From Chiloscyllium plagiosum (Eukaryota), in assembly GCF_004010195.1 (NCBI RefSeq), contig NC_057756.1, positions 8,096,676-8,160,675 of the forward strand: DNA of 64,000 nt, given 5' to 3'. Of this stretch, positions 1 to 12,959 are shown one piece after another; position 1 is the first letter of the stretch; each line of letters begins with the position of its first letter. The translations under genes and the position numbers were made by a program. The notes beneath the pieces are model-generated. The model ran no database searches, was not told the origin of the DNA, and saw only the letters and a program-made list of their open reading frames with translations.

Positions 1-14
1 AAGAGCCATCAATT

Positions 15-649
15 TGTTATGAGCCAGACGAAACCCCCTCCTAGCTTTTTCTTATTTTGAGGGCAAGTGTCAGGTGTTGTATTCCAGATGCAATTCAATT
101 AGTCAAACTACTCAACATTACGCAAAACTCACTTTATTTATACACTACAGTTAAAATACAACAAACGAAAGCAACAATTGGAATACCTTGACCCCATTGG
201 AAAACTTAACAGAATAATGGGTGACTTAACTGCTGAAACAATTACTGCTCCAATACAGAAACCTGCCATAAACACATCCTTAGTAAAGGCAAACTCAGTA
301 AAGAAGAAGATTATCTCACAGGCAATTCTCCAGTCTGGAGGAAAGGCATCAAGAGAAAACACTGAGAGAGAGAGAGGGAGAGAGTAGCAGGGAGTGATGT
401 ACTGCAGCTTCCAAACCCAGCTTCAAGGTCCCAGCAATTCCTCCTGAACATCTCAAACTGAAAAACCTGGTCCTGGGGAGCTTGAACCAACCCATTCAGA
501 CCACTTCTATTGTTCTAATTTCAAAGAAAAACCCCCAAGGCCTCACAAGTTGTTTATTGGAAGGAAATAGACAGCTCATTACCTCTGTCTTAAAACCGCT
601 CTTTAAAAACTGCTCAAAATACACTTCTTAAAGCCACAGTATCATCACA
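15..649 (-). mobile_element. Solo LTR (Gypsy-type), minus orientation
   Basis: Begins TGTTATGAGCCAGAC, the reverse complement of the ...GGTCTGGC...CATAACA LTR ends seen at 19807, 50195 and 55144. Ends CATCACA. TTTATT (reverse polyA signal) near 133. Confidence 0.6.
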
Positions 650-654
650 TAATA

Positions 655-980
655 GTGGAACGGGATGGCCTAGTGGTATTATTACTGAAATGCAATCTAG
701 AGACCAAGGTAATGACCTGGGAACCTGGGTTTGAATCACGCCATGGCAGATGCTGGGATTTGAATTCAACAAAATGTCTGGAATTTGGGCTCTAATGATG
801 ACCATGAATCCATTGTTGATTGTCAGGAAAAATTCACATGGTTCATTGATGCCCATCAGGGAAGGAAACTACCATCCTCACCTGGTCTGGTCTGAATGTG
901 ATTTTAGACCTTTACCTTCGGAATGGACAATAAATGATGGCCTCACTGGTGCTGCCCACATCCCGTAAGTGAACAGAAAA
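655..980 (+). mobile_element. tRNA-headed SINE (family also at 2857-3175 and 24470-24600)
   Basis: A/B-box-like head (TGGCCTAGTGG...GGTTTGAATC). Shares the core GGAAGGAAACT.CCATCCT.ACCTGGTCTG with the 2857-3175 copy. Confidence 0.6.
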
Positions 981-1329
981 ACAAGCATCCAGACTTATGT
1001 TCATCAATTCCAAGAGACCTTGTGACTGCAGACAAGTGCCAGCAGGAGGCCTTCAATGATAATGGACGGAATGTGATGCTGTTGAGTTGACAACAGAGCA
1101 GACAGCTTTTAGTTTTTGCTTTTGATTTGTTTTCAGAAGGGAGAACCGTTTCCCCTGGCAGGAAATTCAGGATTTTAGTTCAGGGGAAGCAGTCGCTGCA
1201 AAGTGTTTTAGATTTTGGATCTTCCAAGCTGAGAAAGTTTGCACGCCATTCTGAATCCATTTGTAGCTTTAGATCAACTAGCTCATTGCAAATACTGCAT
1301 TCATTCATGTTGTCTTTTGGACCTCATTC

Positions 1330-1830
1330 TGTTTTCGAAGCACACTCAATGATCACTTCGTTCTCCTGTTTTCTATTTTCCGTCCCAGCTTTTCTCAGGT
1401 CTCTTCCCAACTTTAATTCCTTCCCATTAGTGTTCCCCCTCACACGCCTGTCAGTTATCTGCCTGACATACCAGGTAAAGCCATCCCCAGCAACACTCAC
1501 ATTAGAAATCTGATGTTTTCCCTCCTCCACCAGTTCCCTACACACGTACAATCCATCAATCACCCTGTTCTGATGCTCTCTGTCACATGATACTGACAGC
1601 AAGCCCAAGATTACTGCTCTTGAGATCTTATCATTTAAGATTGTTCCTAATGCCCCGAATTCAGCTTTCAGGGTCTCATCTCTCTTGCTGTATGCGTCAA
1701 TAGTCACAGTGGGGACCTTGAGTTCTGACTGATTCCTTTACCCGAGAAGGACGTCCTGCAACCATTCTATGACAGACCTGATCCTAGCATCAAGGGGGCA
1801 ATGCTCCATATTGGAGTCATTTTCCATGCC
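1330..1830 (-). mobile_element. Decayed CR1-type LINE ORF1 (SGNH esterase-like) fragment
   Basis: ORF 1324-1707 KRDETLKAEFGALGTILNDKISRAVILGLLSVS...NRVI resembles the CR1 ORF1 esterase motif RDEVLKxEFxxLGxxLKxRxSRVVISGLLPV. Confidence 0.6.
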
Positions 1831-2309
1831 ACACGAATCCCAGCAGAGACTTTGGTCACTTCAAGTCAACTCCTTTTAAATCGATACTTATTACAGTAAA
1901 TTAAAACATTGTCTAGATGAAACAGAGGACAAAGGAATGATCGATAAAACTGACCATAGTCCCTCAATTTTCTTTGGACATGGGAGAGGAAGCAAGTTTT
2001 GGGGTGCTCCAAATGTTTAACATACTTCTTAAACAGTGGAGAGTACCTGCCTCCACCACACTTTCAGGCATCAGGTTCCCTATATCAACCATCCTCTGGG
2101 TAAAAACAAATCACAAGTCTCCTCTGAACCACCTGCTCCTCACCTTCAATCTGTTCTGTTTGCCCTTAGACATTTCTGCCATTTGGAAAAGATTCTCATG
2201 ATCTACTCCATGTCTGCCTTCCATCATGCTGAATACCTCAAACAGATCCCACCCTCTAACTCCGCTGCTCCAAGGAAAACAATCCCAGCCTTTCCAATCT
2301 ATAGGTGAC

Positions 2310-4860
2310 TGTAACGAGGTCTGCCATGTGACCTCATAGAATAGGAGTTCCCTGATTGGGGCTGTTAATCGGGCCCACTCAGGGAGCCCTGGCTGACAGA
2401 TATAAACAGGGCTTTCAGGGTGCTCCTCACTCTGAGAGCTGATTCTGGGAGAGCTGGATCAGCGACAAAGACTTCCCACGTGTAAGTAAAGGGTGATTGG
2501 TGATGGGATATCGACTTCTGTGGAGTTGTTTCAAAGGCAACGAGGATGTGATTTTAAATGAAGTTAAGATGACTGGCAGAGGGATTTGACTTTGGTTTCA
2601 CACTCAACGAGATGCTGAGAGACTGCTTGGTATGTGGGAGTAATGATGTGGGCAATTAAAGAATCCCAGCTCCGATGTCTGTACCGGAGCTTGGGTCTTT
2701 ACTTGGTCTGGTAAATTATTACGGAATTTTCATATGTACCTGGTCTCCATCCTGGCACCTTTCCATCTCCTCTTAAAAAAGGGTCAGCATTGGGAGTGGT
2801 TGCACAGCCAAGTCTATACCTTCAGGGCAGTGATGAAGTTTCACTTGATGAGGAGATGATGGCCTCGTGGTCTTGTCACTGGACTGTTCATCCACAGACC
2901 TAGATAATCATCGAGGACCTGGGTTTGAATCCTGCCATGGTGGAATTTGATTCAATTTAAAAGAAATATGGATTTAAGAGTCTAATAATGACCATGAATC
3001 TATTGTTCGAAAAGCTATTCTGGTTCATTAATGTCCTTCAGGGAAGGAAACTGCCATCCTTACCTGGTCTGACCTACTTGCGACACCAGACCCACGGCAA
3101 TGATTATAACTACCCTCTGGGCAATTAGGGATGGCCCAGCTACTGGTGCCCTTATCCCTTGATTGAATAAAAATAAAGCTATCATCCTGTAAGGTCTTGG
3201 CATGCAATAAGTCCCAGAAAGAGCTGGTAATGTCATGTGTGCTCCCCCGTACTGGGGTAGTATTAGCTCATAACTGGCCCAAAGGAGAGGAATGCCCATT
3301 AAATGATGCACCCAGCACTTTGATTAATGCAGAATATAAAGATGCCCAGAGAGACAAGGAAGGTTTGGTGTCATATGTGGAATCAGGAAGTTTCACCAAT
3401 ACCTTTACAGATATAAATTTACAATAATAATCATCCACAAATCCCTGCTAGGTCTACATGAAGAGGATAAAGCAGTGCTGCCCATAGCTTCAGGCCAAGT
3501 TTAACAGCGGGCTCTCACACCAAGTGCAAATAATTACAAGTTGGAACACCATCTGGGAGGCCAAGTAGCAAATGAGGGGACATCGAGCCACCTCCCGCTG
3601 GCAGATTCATCACCGGTGGTATCGCCACTGGAAGAGGCTGTGGTGGTTTTCAATTTATGGACACATTTCCAATCACAGCTGACAACATAAGACTTTAGAT
3701 GCAGAAAGATCCGCAGTCCTGACAAAACTGAAGCAGCTGGTGATGATGGAGGATACCAAAGGGCCATTACAACTATTTTTGGACCCAGAGTCGCCACATC
3801 ACCTTGGACGATGGCTAATTGTTATTGGGAGCAAGAGTGTTTCTCCTGATCACTGCTGGATACTTGTTGAACTGCAGACATAGCTGCATTGGTGGGGCAG
3901 TTCCCATAGAGCAATCGGGAGCCAAGTTAGCGCCAACAGCTCCCCCAAACTCGTGGGAATGGCTGGGTAAACCCTGGACTCAGTTACATGTCACCTATGT
4001 AATCCTTTCATGGGCTTAATGCTCTGGGTCATTGTGTGCACCCATACAAAGTGACTGGACATGCAAGGAGTTAATTCCCAAACACGGGGATGACAATAGA
4101 AAAACTGTGTTCATTTTTTGCAATATATGGACTTCCAGAAGTGTTGGTCACAGATAATGGGCCATTACTTACCAGCAGGTGATTTGAATATTCAAAATAA
4201 AGGACAGTTCTATATCATCCATCATCCAATGGTTTAGCTGAAAGAACAGTCCAAACTCTGAAGACTGGTTCAAAGAAACAACCTCCATCTTTACTAGATT
4301 CCCAAAGTGTCCCAGTTCCTATTTGATTAGAGGACCACCCTTAATGCAGCTACACAGGTAGCTCCAGCAGAGTTGTTCATGGGGAGAAGATGCTGTGCCT
4401 GGTTAAATCTGATCATCCTGGACCAGGGAGGGGTGAAACAGCATCAGGAAAGTTACTGCCAGATGCAAAGTGACATAGACAGTTTAGATCGGGGGTGAAA
4501 CCTGGTGTAGGAACCACAGGAATGACCCTGCAATGGGTAAGGGGCATGGTCAACGTCAGGCCAGGTCCAGTGACATGTAAAGTTCAGGGAGTTATTACTG
4601 TCCTGAACAAGCATGTGCACCATATGGAAGTGGCGAACTCACAACCAGTGCATGAGCAAAACATGCCCAGCAACTCGGCAGCCTTTCTGACTGTTCTGGA
4701 ACCTGTGGGATCTCCCTCTGCATCAAACATTGAAGGTACCTCAGAATCTGAGATGGACATGGTGGATGTCGCCACCTGAAGAGGGGAATGAATTTCTTAT
4801 GAGATGCTCTGGGCACAAGAGGTGAGTTAGTGTGTGTTACACACCGTCCTATCTGTCCAT
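2310..4860 (+). mobile_element. Internally deleted, decayed Ty3/Gypsy LTR retrotransposon (5' LTR 2310-2533, RNase H and integrase remnants), interrupted by a SINE at 2857-3175
   Basis: TG...CA LTR with TATAAA, followed by a PBS-like AGGCAACGAGG. Remnant motifs LLGLVNYYG (~2700), WEWLGKPWTQLHV (~3950), LVTDNGP (~4145) and YHPSSNGLAERTVQTLK (~4212-4262). Many stops and frameshifts. Confidence 0.8.
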
Positions 4861-5879
4861 CAGTGTCCCGTTGTTTAGTACCATCGTCTCTCATTGCCAC
4901 ACCATCATATTTAACATCATCAGAAAATTTTGGAAGCAATTAGTTCTAATTTCACTGGAAGCTTTAACATCTGATTGAAGACTTTAACAGGAAAAGACAG
5001 GGCAGATGAATATAGTGTAATTCCACTGATTTGAGATTTTATATCGAGAGGCACAGTGTCAGAATTAGACCCAGAGTATTCAGGAGAGATGTTAGGAAGA
5101 CTTCGACACACAAAGGGTTGGGTGATGTTTGGAGATCTCTTCCATAAATGGCAGATGATGTAGGATCCGTTGTTCATTTTATATCTGAGAGAGATACTTC
5201 CTTTGTGAAGCAAAGGTATCAAGTGATTGGGGCCAAATGCCACAAATCAGCCATGATCTCATTGGATACCAGATCAGGATTGCGAAGCTGAATGATCGAG
5301 CCCTGTTTGTATGTGTAACACGTGTGGATGAAACAAGGAAACATGACCAGTGTTTGTGATGAGAGGAATGTCACTGAAGTACATTCATTCTCCGCACCGT
5401 CACATCGCCCGCAGTAATCCTGCACATGGTCCCTAACTTCACAGAGTCCATCTGCTTATCGCCTTGTATTCAGTGTAACCTGCAGGGAAAACAGTAACAT
5501 TCAGGATGGAATGCACAGAGGGAACTTGGTAAATACCATAATGATGAAAAACTGTGAGTGAAGCCATCTGTAAGAGGACAACATTTGAGTTTATTCCCAT
5601 CAGATGTTTAATTAACAAAATATCCATGACACTGTAGTGTTTACTTTGTACCCAGAAAGTTATGGCACTAATTCAGAGTTGTTTGTTCAAGTGAATGTAA
5701 CTAATAACAATGCTCAGGGGTATAACCGTGTCAGTGGTGAGCTATCCCCTTTATGACTCTGGACCCATTATAAATGATTCAAGTAGCGAGAGGGTCAGTG
5801 CAGTGGGCTTACAGAACAACAGAGATTTTTAAAAAACTGCAGATGCTAGACAGAACAACAAAAGCTGCTTCTCACAGAA

Positions 5880-5949
5880 ATGGGACATTTACTCATCCAA
5901 CTGATACAGGATATTTACTTCCCTGCATGTGCAGTTGTTGGAGTCATTG
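5880..5949 (+). CDS. GPR139/GPR142-like class A GPCR, coding exon 1 (N-terminus and start of TM1)
   Basis: ATG at 5880 reads MGHLLIQLIQDIYFPACAVVGVI, then G|GTAAGT, a consensus phase-1 donor. It splices in frame to the acceptor at 9986. Confidence 0.75.
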
Positions 5950-7109
5950 GTAAGTCCAAAAACTATCACTGTTTGCTGCTGTGCTCAGAGGCATTTCAAA
6001 CAGCTTTGTGTATGCTTTTTTTTTAATCTGTTGCTTCTGTGGAATTTCCTCAGTTTCTTCCTTTGCAGGAACTGCCTCACAATTGCAATGATTATTGATA
6101 ATCTGTTCTTTGAATGGTTACATATTACATTTTTCTCCCCATTCTGGACATATTAGAATCAGGTCTCTGTGCCAAGAGGAGGAACAAGACAATCAGAAAC
6201 TGTTTAACCTTCAGACTATAAGCTGGTCTCATTCATCCCTCCATCTCTATCTTGGTTTCATGTTCTCGTCTTCAGTCAGAGCTGACTTTTATTCTGCCAT
6301 TAAGTCACCTACACTGGACCAATAGCTTGTTCCTTCACCACGCACTAGCTGTTTGTACAGGAACAACTTGGACATCCATTTTTGGGACATTGGATCAGTA
6401 CGCACCACATCTGCTGGAATTATAAATACGTCTGTGTATCTGTCAACCAGTGGTGTTGTTGTTATATCATGTATACATCAATGGCACCATCCAGTATTAA
6501 ACTTGATAACTGCAGAAGAATTTCGATTTGTCTGAGGTGTATCTGAGGAGACATTCATAAAGTCCAAACATAGGGTAGATGATGTCAGCAGTGTTGGTGA
6601 ACAACGGAGTGTTGAGTGATGTGTAGCAGCATTCAGATATTCACAGAGCAAACTGCCCCCGAGAATGGAATCAATGAATACAGAGCTCGTGAACAGATAA
6701 AAACACAGGATATCAACAATAACTTGAAGTTACACAGAGATAGCAGGAAGCAATTAATGACAGCGCCAAAAAGATGCAGTAAGGGTCAGCAGTAAAATAG
6801 GTATGGAAGATAAACCAAAGGGGAGGGGTGGGTAAGAAAACAGATGCAAGGACTGAGAGAGTTCTATCAGTATTACAAATGAGACAGTGTGTTTATAGCA
6901 TGCAAAGAACATTTGGGAATTTTGCATTTAAAATAACACTGCAATAGATTTGTGGTCTCTGATCTGAGAAGATTATTTTCTTTAAAGATCAGAACGTCAT
7001 TTGGAAAAGTGAAATAAATACATTATTTCCAACAGCATTAAGACTTCGGCTGAGTGCCTCACAAGACACAATGAAGTTGAGTGTCAGAGTATTTACTGTG
7101 TTGATTTTT

Positions 7110-7340
7110 ATGACGTTGGGGTTTGCCAGCTCAGTTGGCTGGATGCCTGGCTTGTGATGCAACATGATACAGGCAGCACGAGATCAACCCTTGCACTGGC
7201 TGAGGTTACTCTGAACGATTCTCCTTCTCAGCCTCTCCCTTCGCCTATGGTGACCCTCAGGTAAACCACCACCAGTCATCTCTCTCTCATGAGAGAGCAG
7301 CCCCATGACCTGGTAGGACTGTAGCTAATTTACATTTCTC
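7110..7340 (+). mobile_element. Second SINE-like family (copies also at ~10850-11030 +, ~26010-26220 +, ~15060-15250 -, ~19810-19935 -)
   Basis: tRNA-like head (AGCTCAGTTGGCTGG). Shared core GGCTGAGGTTAC...GTGACCCTCAG..AAACCAC...CTCTCTCT.ATGAGAGAGCAGCCC. Confidence 0.55.
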
Positions 7341-7849
7341 TGATAGGTAGAAAGAAAACAAAAACTTGGGGCCCCTTATTGTATGATTTCAGAAGAAGAT
7401 GATTTCAGTTCAGAAGCACATTTTCATCCGAGAAGAAAATAAATTTGTTGACTTGTAAAATCTCCAAATTCTGAGAGTTTGTTGGAGTAGATTTCAGAAT
7501 CTGGGATCCCAGAACTGGAAAGAAATCTCGAGGTCAACTGTTAAAAAGTCAGTTTTCATAAGAAAATTAATGTTGAAGTCATGTATTACTGGGGCTGGGT
7601 AATGTTAAGTGTTTTGCTAGGACGTGGGTTGAATTATTCTTTTTTGCTGTTTGTTACAATATACATATGTTTGCGACTTTCCTGTGTGTGTTATTATGAT
7701 ACAGAATACTGCAATCTCAACAAAAAATTTCCCATAACTGAACACCCACTGTAAAAAAAATCTTCAAAATAACACTTGTGATCTATCAAGTCAGATTTCC
7801 CTTTCAGATCTGATATGTACAGTATTGCCATCAGCAAGATCATCAAGGT

Positions 7850-8066
7850 GGTAAAAACAATGACTGCAGATGCTGCAAACCAGATTCTGGATTAGTGGTG
7901 CTGGAAAAGCACAGCAGTTCAGGCAGCATCCGAAGAGCAGGAAAATCGACATTTCGGGCAAAAGCCCTTCATCCTGTATTCCTGATGAAGGGTTTTTGCC
8001 CGAAACATCGGTTTTCCTGCTCCTCGGATGCTGCCAGAACTGCTGTGCTTTTCCAGCACCACTAAT
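7850..8066. mobile_element. Penelope-derived fold-back element with hammerhead motif
   Basis: Inverted arms 7891-7973 and 7984-8066. CTGATGA-AGGG-TTTTT-GCCC-GAAA-CATC at 7982-8009. Related to the terminus of the PLE at 44657. Confidence 0.8.
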
Positions 8067-8383
8067 ACCAAATGGAATTGTGACTTTTCAATATAATTAT
8101 AATTCAGGGAAAGTGCAGTGGTGATAGAAGGAAGAGGTCTTCAATATTTACAAGATTTATTGTATTGGGAATTATTTTTCATTCTCATGAGCTCAGTATG
8201 TTTTGGTGAGCCTTCTTTGACTCATTTTTTAAATGAATTTGTGGATATTCTACTTTTAAAGCAATGTATTCACAAAAGAAATTGCTTATTTAATTAGCAC
8301 ATTTTAACTTAAATTTAAAAAGACTGTCTAGTCCAAAGTGATCAAAAACTGACGTACCCAATAATGCTTTCTGCAGTGCCAGT

Positions 8384-9093
8384 TGTTATGAAGATCTGGG
8401 TGCACTGTGCCTTTAAGAAAGTTAAAATCTAGATTAACTACCTGACAGCACCAAGTATTTCAACAAGATACAACGTAGTATGTGGTCCAGCAGTTAGCGT
8501 TGCTTGTTGCCTGTAGATAAAAACAGATTCAAATTAGGCCAATCAGTTTAAACTATAGCCCAAAAAATACCAAATTCCAATCAAGTTTGAATTTAGTATA
8601 TTGGCAACCTTAAAAGCCAATGACACAATCCCATGCTCTGGGGGTATAAGACCAGGGAAAACTGAACAGTTGGGGGCAGAACTGCCATACCACCAGCATG
8701 TAGACACTGCCCAAAAAATAGCTCTCTTAAAGGTACCATTATCGATCCATGACCTCCGAAGCATAATCCCTAAGAAGAAGTAAAGAAGACAGGACAATCC
8801 AGATAGAAGATTTGGCAGTTGGCTGGTTATGAAAACTTCATTTTTTGCTAAATCTTAATCAGGGGCTTGAATCAGACTAATATTATAGAAGGGGAAGGTA
8901 AAGGGTAAGTGAGAGGAAGGAGTAATAATAGTTGTTAGTTAATTATTCTCTGCTATACTTTAAGGAATAAAGTTGTGAATTTTTACTTTAAATACCTTTT
9001 GGCCTTAAAACTTATACAGATTACTGTATGGGATAAATCTTTTCTCTGTTACTGGTTTAAATTAAGCAGGAGGGTTTACCCCGTGTCATAACA
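8384..9093 (+). mobile_element. Solo LTR in the GPCR intron
   Basis: Terminal inverted repeat TGTTATGA...TCATAACA. Perfect 4-bp TSD CAGT (8380-8383 and 9094-9097). Internal TATAA and AATAAA. Confidence 0.85.
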
Positions 9094-9664
9094 CAGTAAA
9101 CTCAAACAAAGTCTGGTTATATTAAACTACGTGCTCTCAAAAACGGCTGAGTCTCAGACAAACTTTTGAACTTTATTGAATCTGCTGTCAGGCTGTTGCT
9201 TCAGTTTGGATACATTTACAAATCCTCTACTTCTGCGTCCAGCAGTTTCTCCAGGTCATTTTTCTTGTCTCCCTCACATTTGCACTTACTGGCTTAGTTT
9301 TGGGAGGCCAACACTGAAACCTCAAACTCACTCCTATTTCTCTCAGCAATTTCCTTTTATTTTTGTTTTTACTCAGGGTCTGGCTACTCTCTTATCCCAG
9401 AGCAAGAAAACTTTCGTGATTCCCAAAATCGACAAGCCTCCGGCAGCATCATTGTACAGTTTAAATCAGATGTTAAAACAGTAGATTCTGATTCAATAAC
9501 CCATTCAATAAAGTTCATGACCTCTTTTCCTGTGGCATTTCCCCTCAATGGTTGTAATGGATCATTCAATTTCTCTACTGACTTGTCAATCAATTATTCA
9601 TAACTGTTTTTCAACCATTTCTTTGTGACAAAGAGCGGTACAGGTCAATGACTATCTTTTCATG

Positions 9665-9865
9665 AAACAGAAAAACAAAGAAATGTGGATGCTGGAAATC
9701 AGAAACAAAATCAGAAAGTACTGGAAAAGCTCAGAGAGAAAGCAGACTAATGTTTCAAGTCTGTTGTGAAGAAGGGTCACTGGACTCAAAATGTTAAATG
9801 CTGTTTTCTCTCCACAGATGCTGCCAGACAAGCTGAGTTTGTCGAGCAATACCTGATGTTGTTTT
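9665..9865. mobile_element. Old Penelope-type fold-back remnant
   Basis: Degenerate inverted arms (GATGCTGGAAATC...GGAAAAGCTCAG / CTGAGTTTT). Degenerate hammerhead-like TGAAGAAGGGTCACTGGACTCAAAATGTT. Confidence 0.45.
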
Positions 9866-9986
9866 TTGTATTTGTTTCCAATATTTGATGAAGCAACAAC
9901 GCTAAAGGTCTCATTTATGATCTTTTCAACTTGCTAAATTTATTCCAAAACCAATCTTGAATTTATTGGCTTTTTCTCCATTCCAG

Positions 9987-10639
9987 TTAACCTGATTGCA
10001 ATTGTCATCCTGAGTCGAGGAAAATGTGGTCTCTCTAAGTGTATTACTCACTATCTGGTGGGAATGGCAATGGCTGATCTCCTGGTTGTTATCTTTGATG
10101 TCATATTGAACTGGACTATTCCAATGTATTTTGGAGAAACGTTCCTAGACATTACTCCAGTATGTAGCCTCATCCTCACCCTGATGTTTGCAACCACTGG
10201 TGCCTCTGTTTGGCTCACAGTCGCTTTTACCTTTGTTCTGATTCTGCTGCTTAACGCTCTGACAGTGAGATCTATTTTAGTGACCGGTCGAGTCCGCACC
10301 ACACTGCGAGGTATCAGCAGTGGAGAAAATCACAAGGACCCAGAGATGGAGAACCGGAGAAAATCCATCATTTTACTCTTCAGTTTATCTGCCAATTTCA
10401 TACTGTTATGGATGATATATGTTGTGTTTAACCTTTATCGGAGAATTGCTCCTGATCATTATGATTCCTCCTACACAGATACAGTATACAGCATTGAATC
10501 GTTGGGAGAAATGCTACAGATTCTCAGCACCTGCACCAACACATGTATTTACGTGGTAACTCAGACTAAATTCAGAGAGGAACTGAGGAATGCACTGAAA
10601 TACCCATTCAAATTCATTCTCAAACCAGCTAAATCATAG
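9987..10639 (+). CDS. GPR139/GPR142-like GPCR, coding exon 2, with an in-frame internal deletion (possibly a pseudogene)
   Basis: Polypyrimidine tract and TTCCAG acceptor. Reads (V)NLIAIVILSRGKCGLSKCITHYLVGMAMADLLVVIF...SVWLTVAFTF|VLILLLNALTVR...DPEMENRRKSIILLF...TCTNTCIYVVTQTKFREEL. Spliced CDS is 723 nt (240 aa). The DR(F/Y) motif, TM4 and ECL2 are absent. Confidence 0.85.
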
Positions 10640-11724
10640 ATAAATCTGCAATTTCATAAACTGGTATCCAATCCCACTTCACATTCCAACACCGATTCTC
10701 CCCATAGTCAGGAAAGTACATTTTCTATTCATTGTGCAGAGGCCTGTGATCATTAATCTGTTGATGACATTGTGCCAATTCTGAAACTGTACTGCCATGT
10801 AAATTTGCACCATTTCTCTGTCTCTCCCAGTGGTCTCAGTCTCTGATGAACTTTGCCAGTGCATCGTATCAACTCCTGCATCAGCTGAGGTTACCATGAA
10901 GGACTGTCTTTCTCCACCTCCCCTCTCACCTGAGGTGTAGTGACCCTCAGTTTAAACCACTACCCATCATCTCTCTCTAATGAGAGAGCAGCCCTGTGAT
11001 CTGGTGGGAGTATGGTGATTTCACCTTTATCCATCTCTCGCTGAGAAGAATTGGACATCCTGACATGTCTCATTCCATAAAATGTATGTGTCTCCCAGTA
11101 TCGGGTTGAATTCTGTGACAATGTTCCCCTTGTGTATGTTTACACAGACTGCAGAGTCCAAACCAGTGATATATGCAATAAGCACATTTCCCATTTTGGG
11201 GTCTCTCAGGTGTCTGTGTGTGCGCGTGTGCGCGTGTGTATCCGTCCCATGTTCAGGTCTGCCTCTGTATGAGGTGCCTCTGATGTACAGAATATCTGGC
11301 TCCCACTGAGGAGTCAGATTTGCCACAAAGGAGTCAAAAAGTGCGTGAAGTGTCCCAATGCACAGAATATATTCCTCTCAGTGAGAATTCAAATCTGAAA
11401 TGTGTTCCAAGAACATTTTGTGATGTTTTCTGCAGTGATGTGTTGGACTCTGTAACACACGGTCTTGTGAACAGTTTGCGCCTTGTCCAGTGTGGAGTGC
11501 ACACTGCTCTCATATGTGACATGTATGTTGCACAGTCCTGAATCACATATGTATTGAATGTTTCTGCGTGCAATAACCTTCCCTCCCAGTGAAGGATTGG
11601 GCTTGGCAATACGAATTTGACTGACGTTGTGAGTGTCCCCCAGTGAAGATTCACTGAGTGACACACAGCGCTCCCTGTGCAAGACCTCAAACACGATATA
11701 GTCAGTGTGGCCAGGATAGGAACA

Positions 11725-12190
11725 TGGGAGTACAAAAATAGGGGGAGGCCACTCAGCCCCTCGAGCCTGTTTCACCATTCAATGTGCTCACGTCTGACCT
11801 GCAGCCCAACTCCATAGATCTGCCTTTAACCAATGTCCCTTAATTGCTTTGCTGAATAAATGTTTATATACCTCAGATTTGAAATTGTCAACTGATCTAA
11901 CATCACAACTGTTTGGAGAAGAGAGTTCCAAACATCTCCCCCCTTTGTCTGTAGATGTACATCCTGACATCTCTTCTAAATGCTCTGACCCTAATTCTGA
12001 GTTGATAGCTCCTCAGTCTTGAATCCCCTAACCTGTTAAAATAGTTTATTTTCAGCAATCCTGTCTTTTCCTGTTAATATCTTGAAGATTTTGATCAGGT
12101 TACACCTTAACCCTCAAAACTTTAGAGAAAACTGACTTGATGTGTATAACCTCACCTCATAACATACCCCTTGGTGTCGAGGTATCATGA
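11725..12190 (-). mobile_element. CR1/HER1-type LINE 3' fragment
   Basis: Reverse complement resembles other CR1 3' ends in the window (e.g. 4900-5310, 25710-25935). Confidence 0.6.
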
Positions 12191-12499
12191 AGTCTCTCTC
12201 CAGGTACGGATTCACATTCTACAGCAAGTGCTCACATCGACAGTGTCTGGCCCTCCTAATGTTAGTGTGGTACCCAGTTACCTCTGTCTGCTGTGTCTGC
12301 ACTTCCCAATGAACTGTGCACCTGGAATGATGCGCAGTGTGCAGTTTGTGTTTACGGTCAGTCGGAGGCATTAGCCATTCAGCCCCTTGAGCCAGTACAA
12401 ACACTGAAAGATCACCAAACTCCAGCTCATTTTTGCTTCCTTATTCCACCGCACGCCATCGTCACCAGGCACTCAGCAAAAATCTCACTCATATTCTGT

Positions 12500-12818
12500 G
12501 GCAGCACGGTGGCACAGTGGTTAGCACTGCTACCTCACAGCTTCAGAGACCCGGGTTCAATTCCCGCCTCAGGCGACTGACTGTGTGGAGTGTGCACGTT
12601 CTCCCTGTGACTGCGTGGGTTTCCTCCGGGTGCTCCAGTTTCCTCCCACAGTCCAAAAATGTGCAGGTTAGGTGGATTGGCCATGCTAAATTGTCCGTAG
12701 TGTTAGGTGAAGGGGTAAATGTAAGGGAATGGGTCTGGTTGGATTGCGCTTCGGTGGGTCGGTGTGGACTTGTTGGGCCGAAGGGCCTGTTTCCACACTG
12801 TAAGTAATCTACTCTAAT
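12500..12818 (+). mobile_element. HE1-like tRNA-derived V-SINE
   Basis: Head GGTGGCACAGTGGTTAGCACTG...GGTTCAATTCC, V-domain CTGTGTGGAG...GGGTTTCCTCCGGGTGCTCC, LINE-like tail GGGCCGAAGGGCCTGTTTCC. Confidence 0.85.
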
Positions 12819-12959
12819 CCTGACTTGTCTTCCAATCAGAAAAATTACCAGAGTCTCTTCTGAGGGAACGTCTCAAAATGTAAGATAGGGAGTAAGTAGG
12901 AGGTTCAAGAAGTGTGGAATGATGCAGGGGCTGAATTAGAGAGAAATTAGCAAAGTGAT

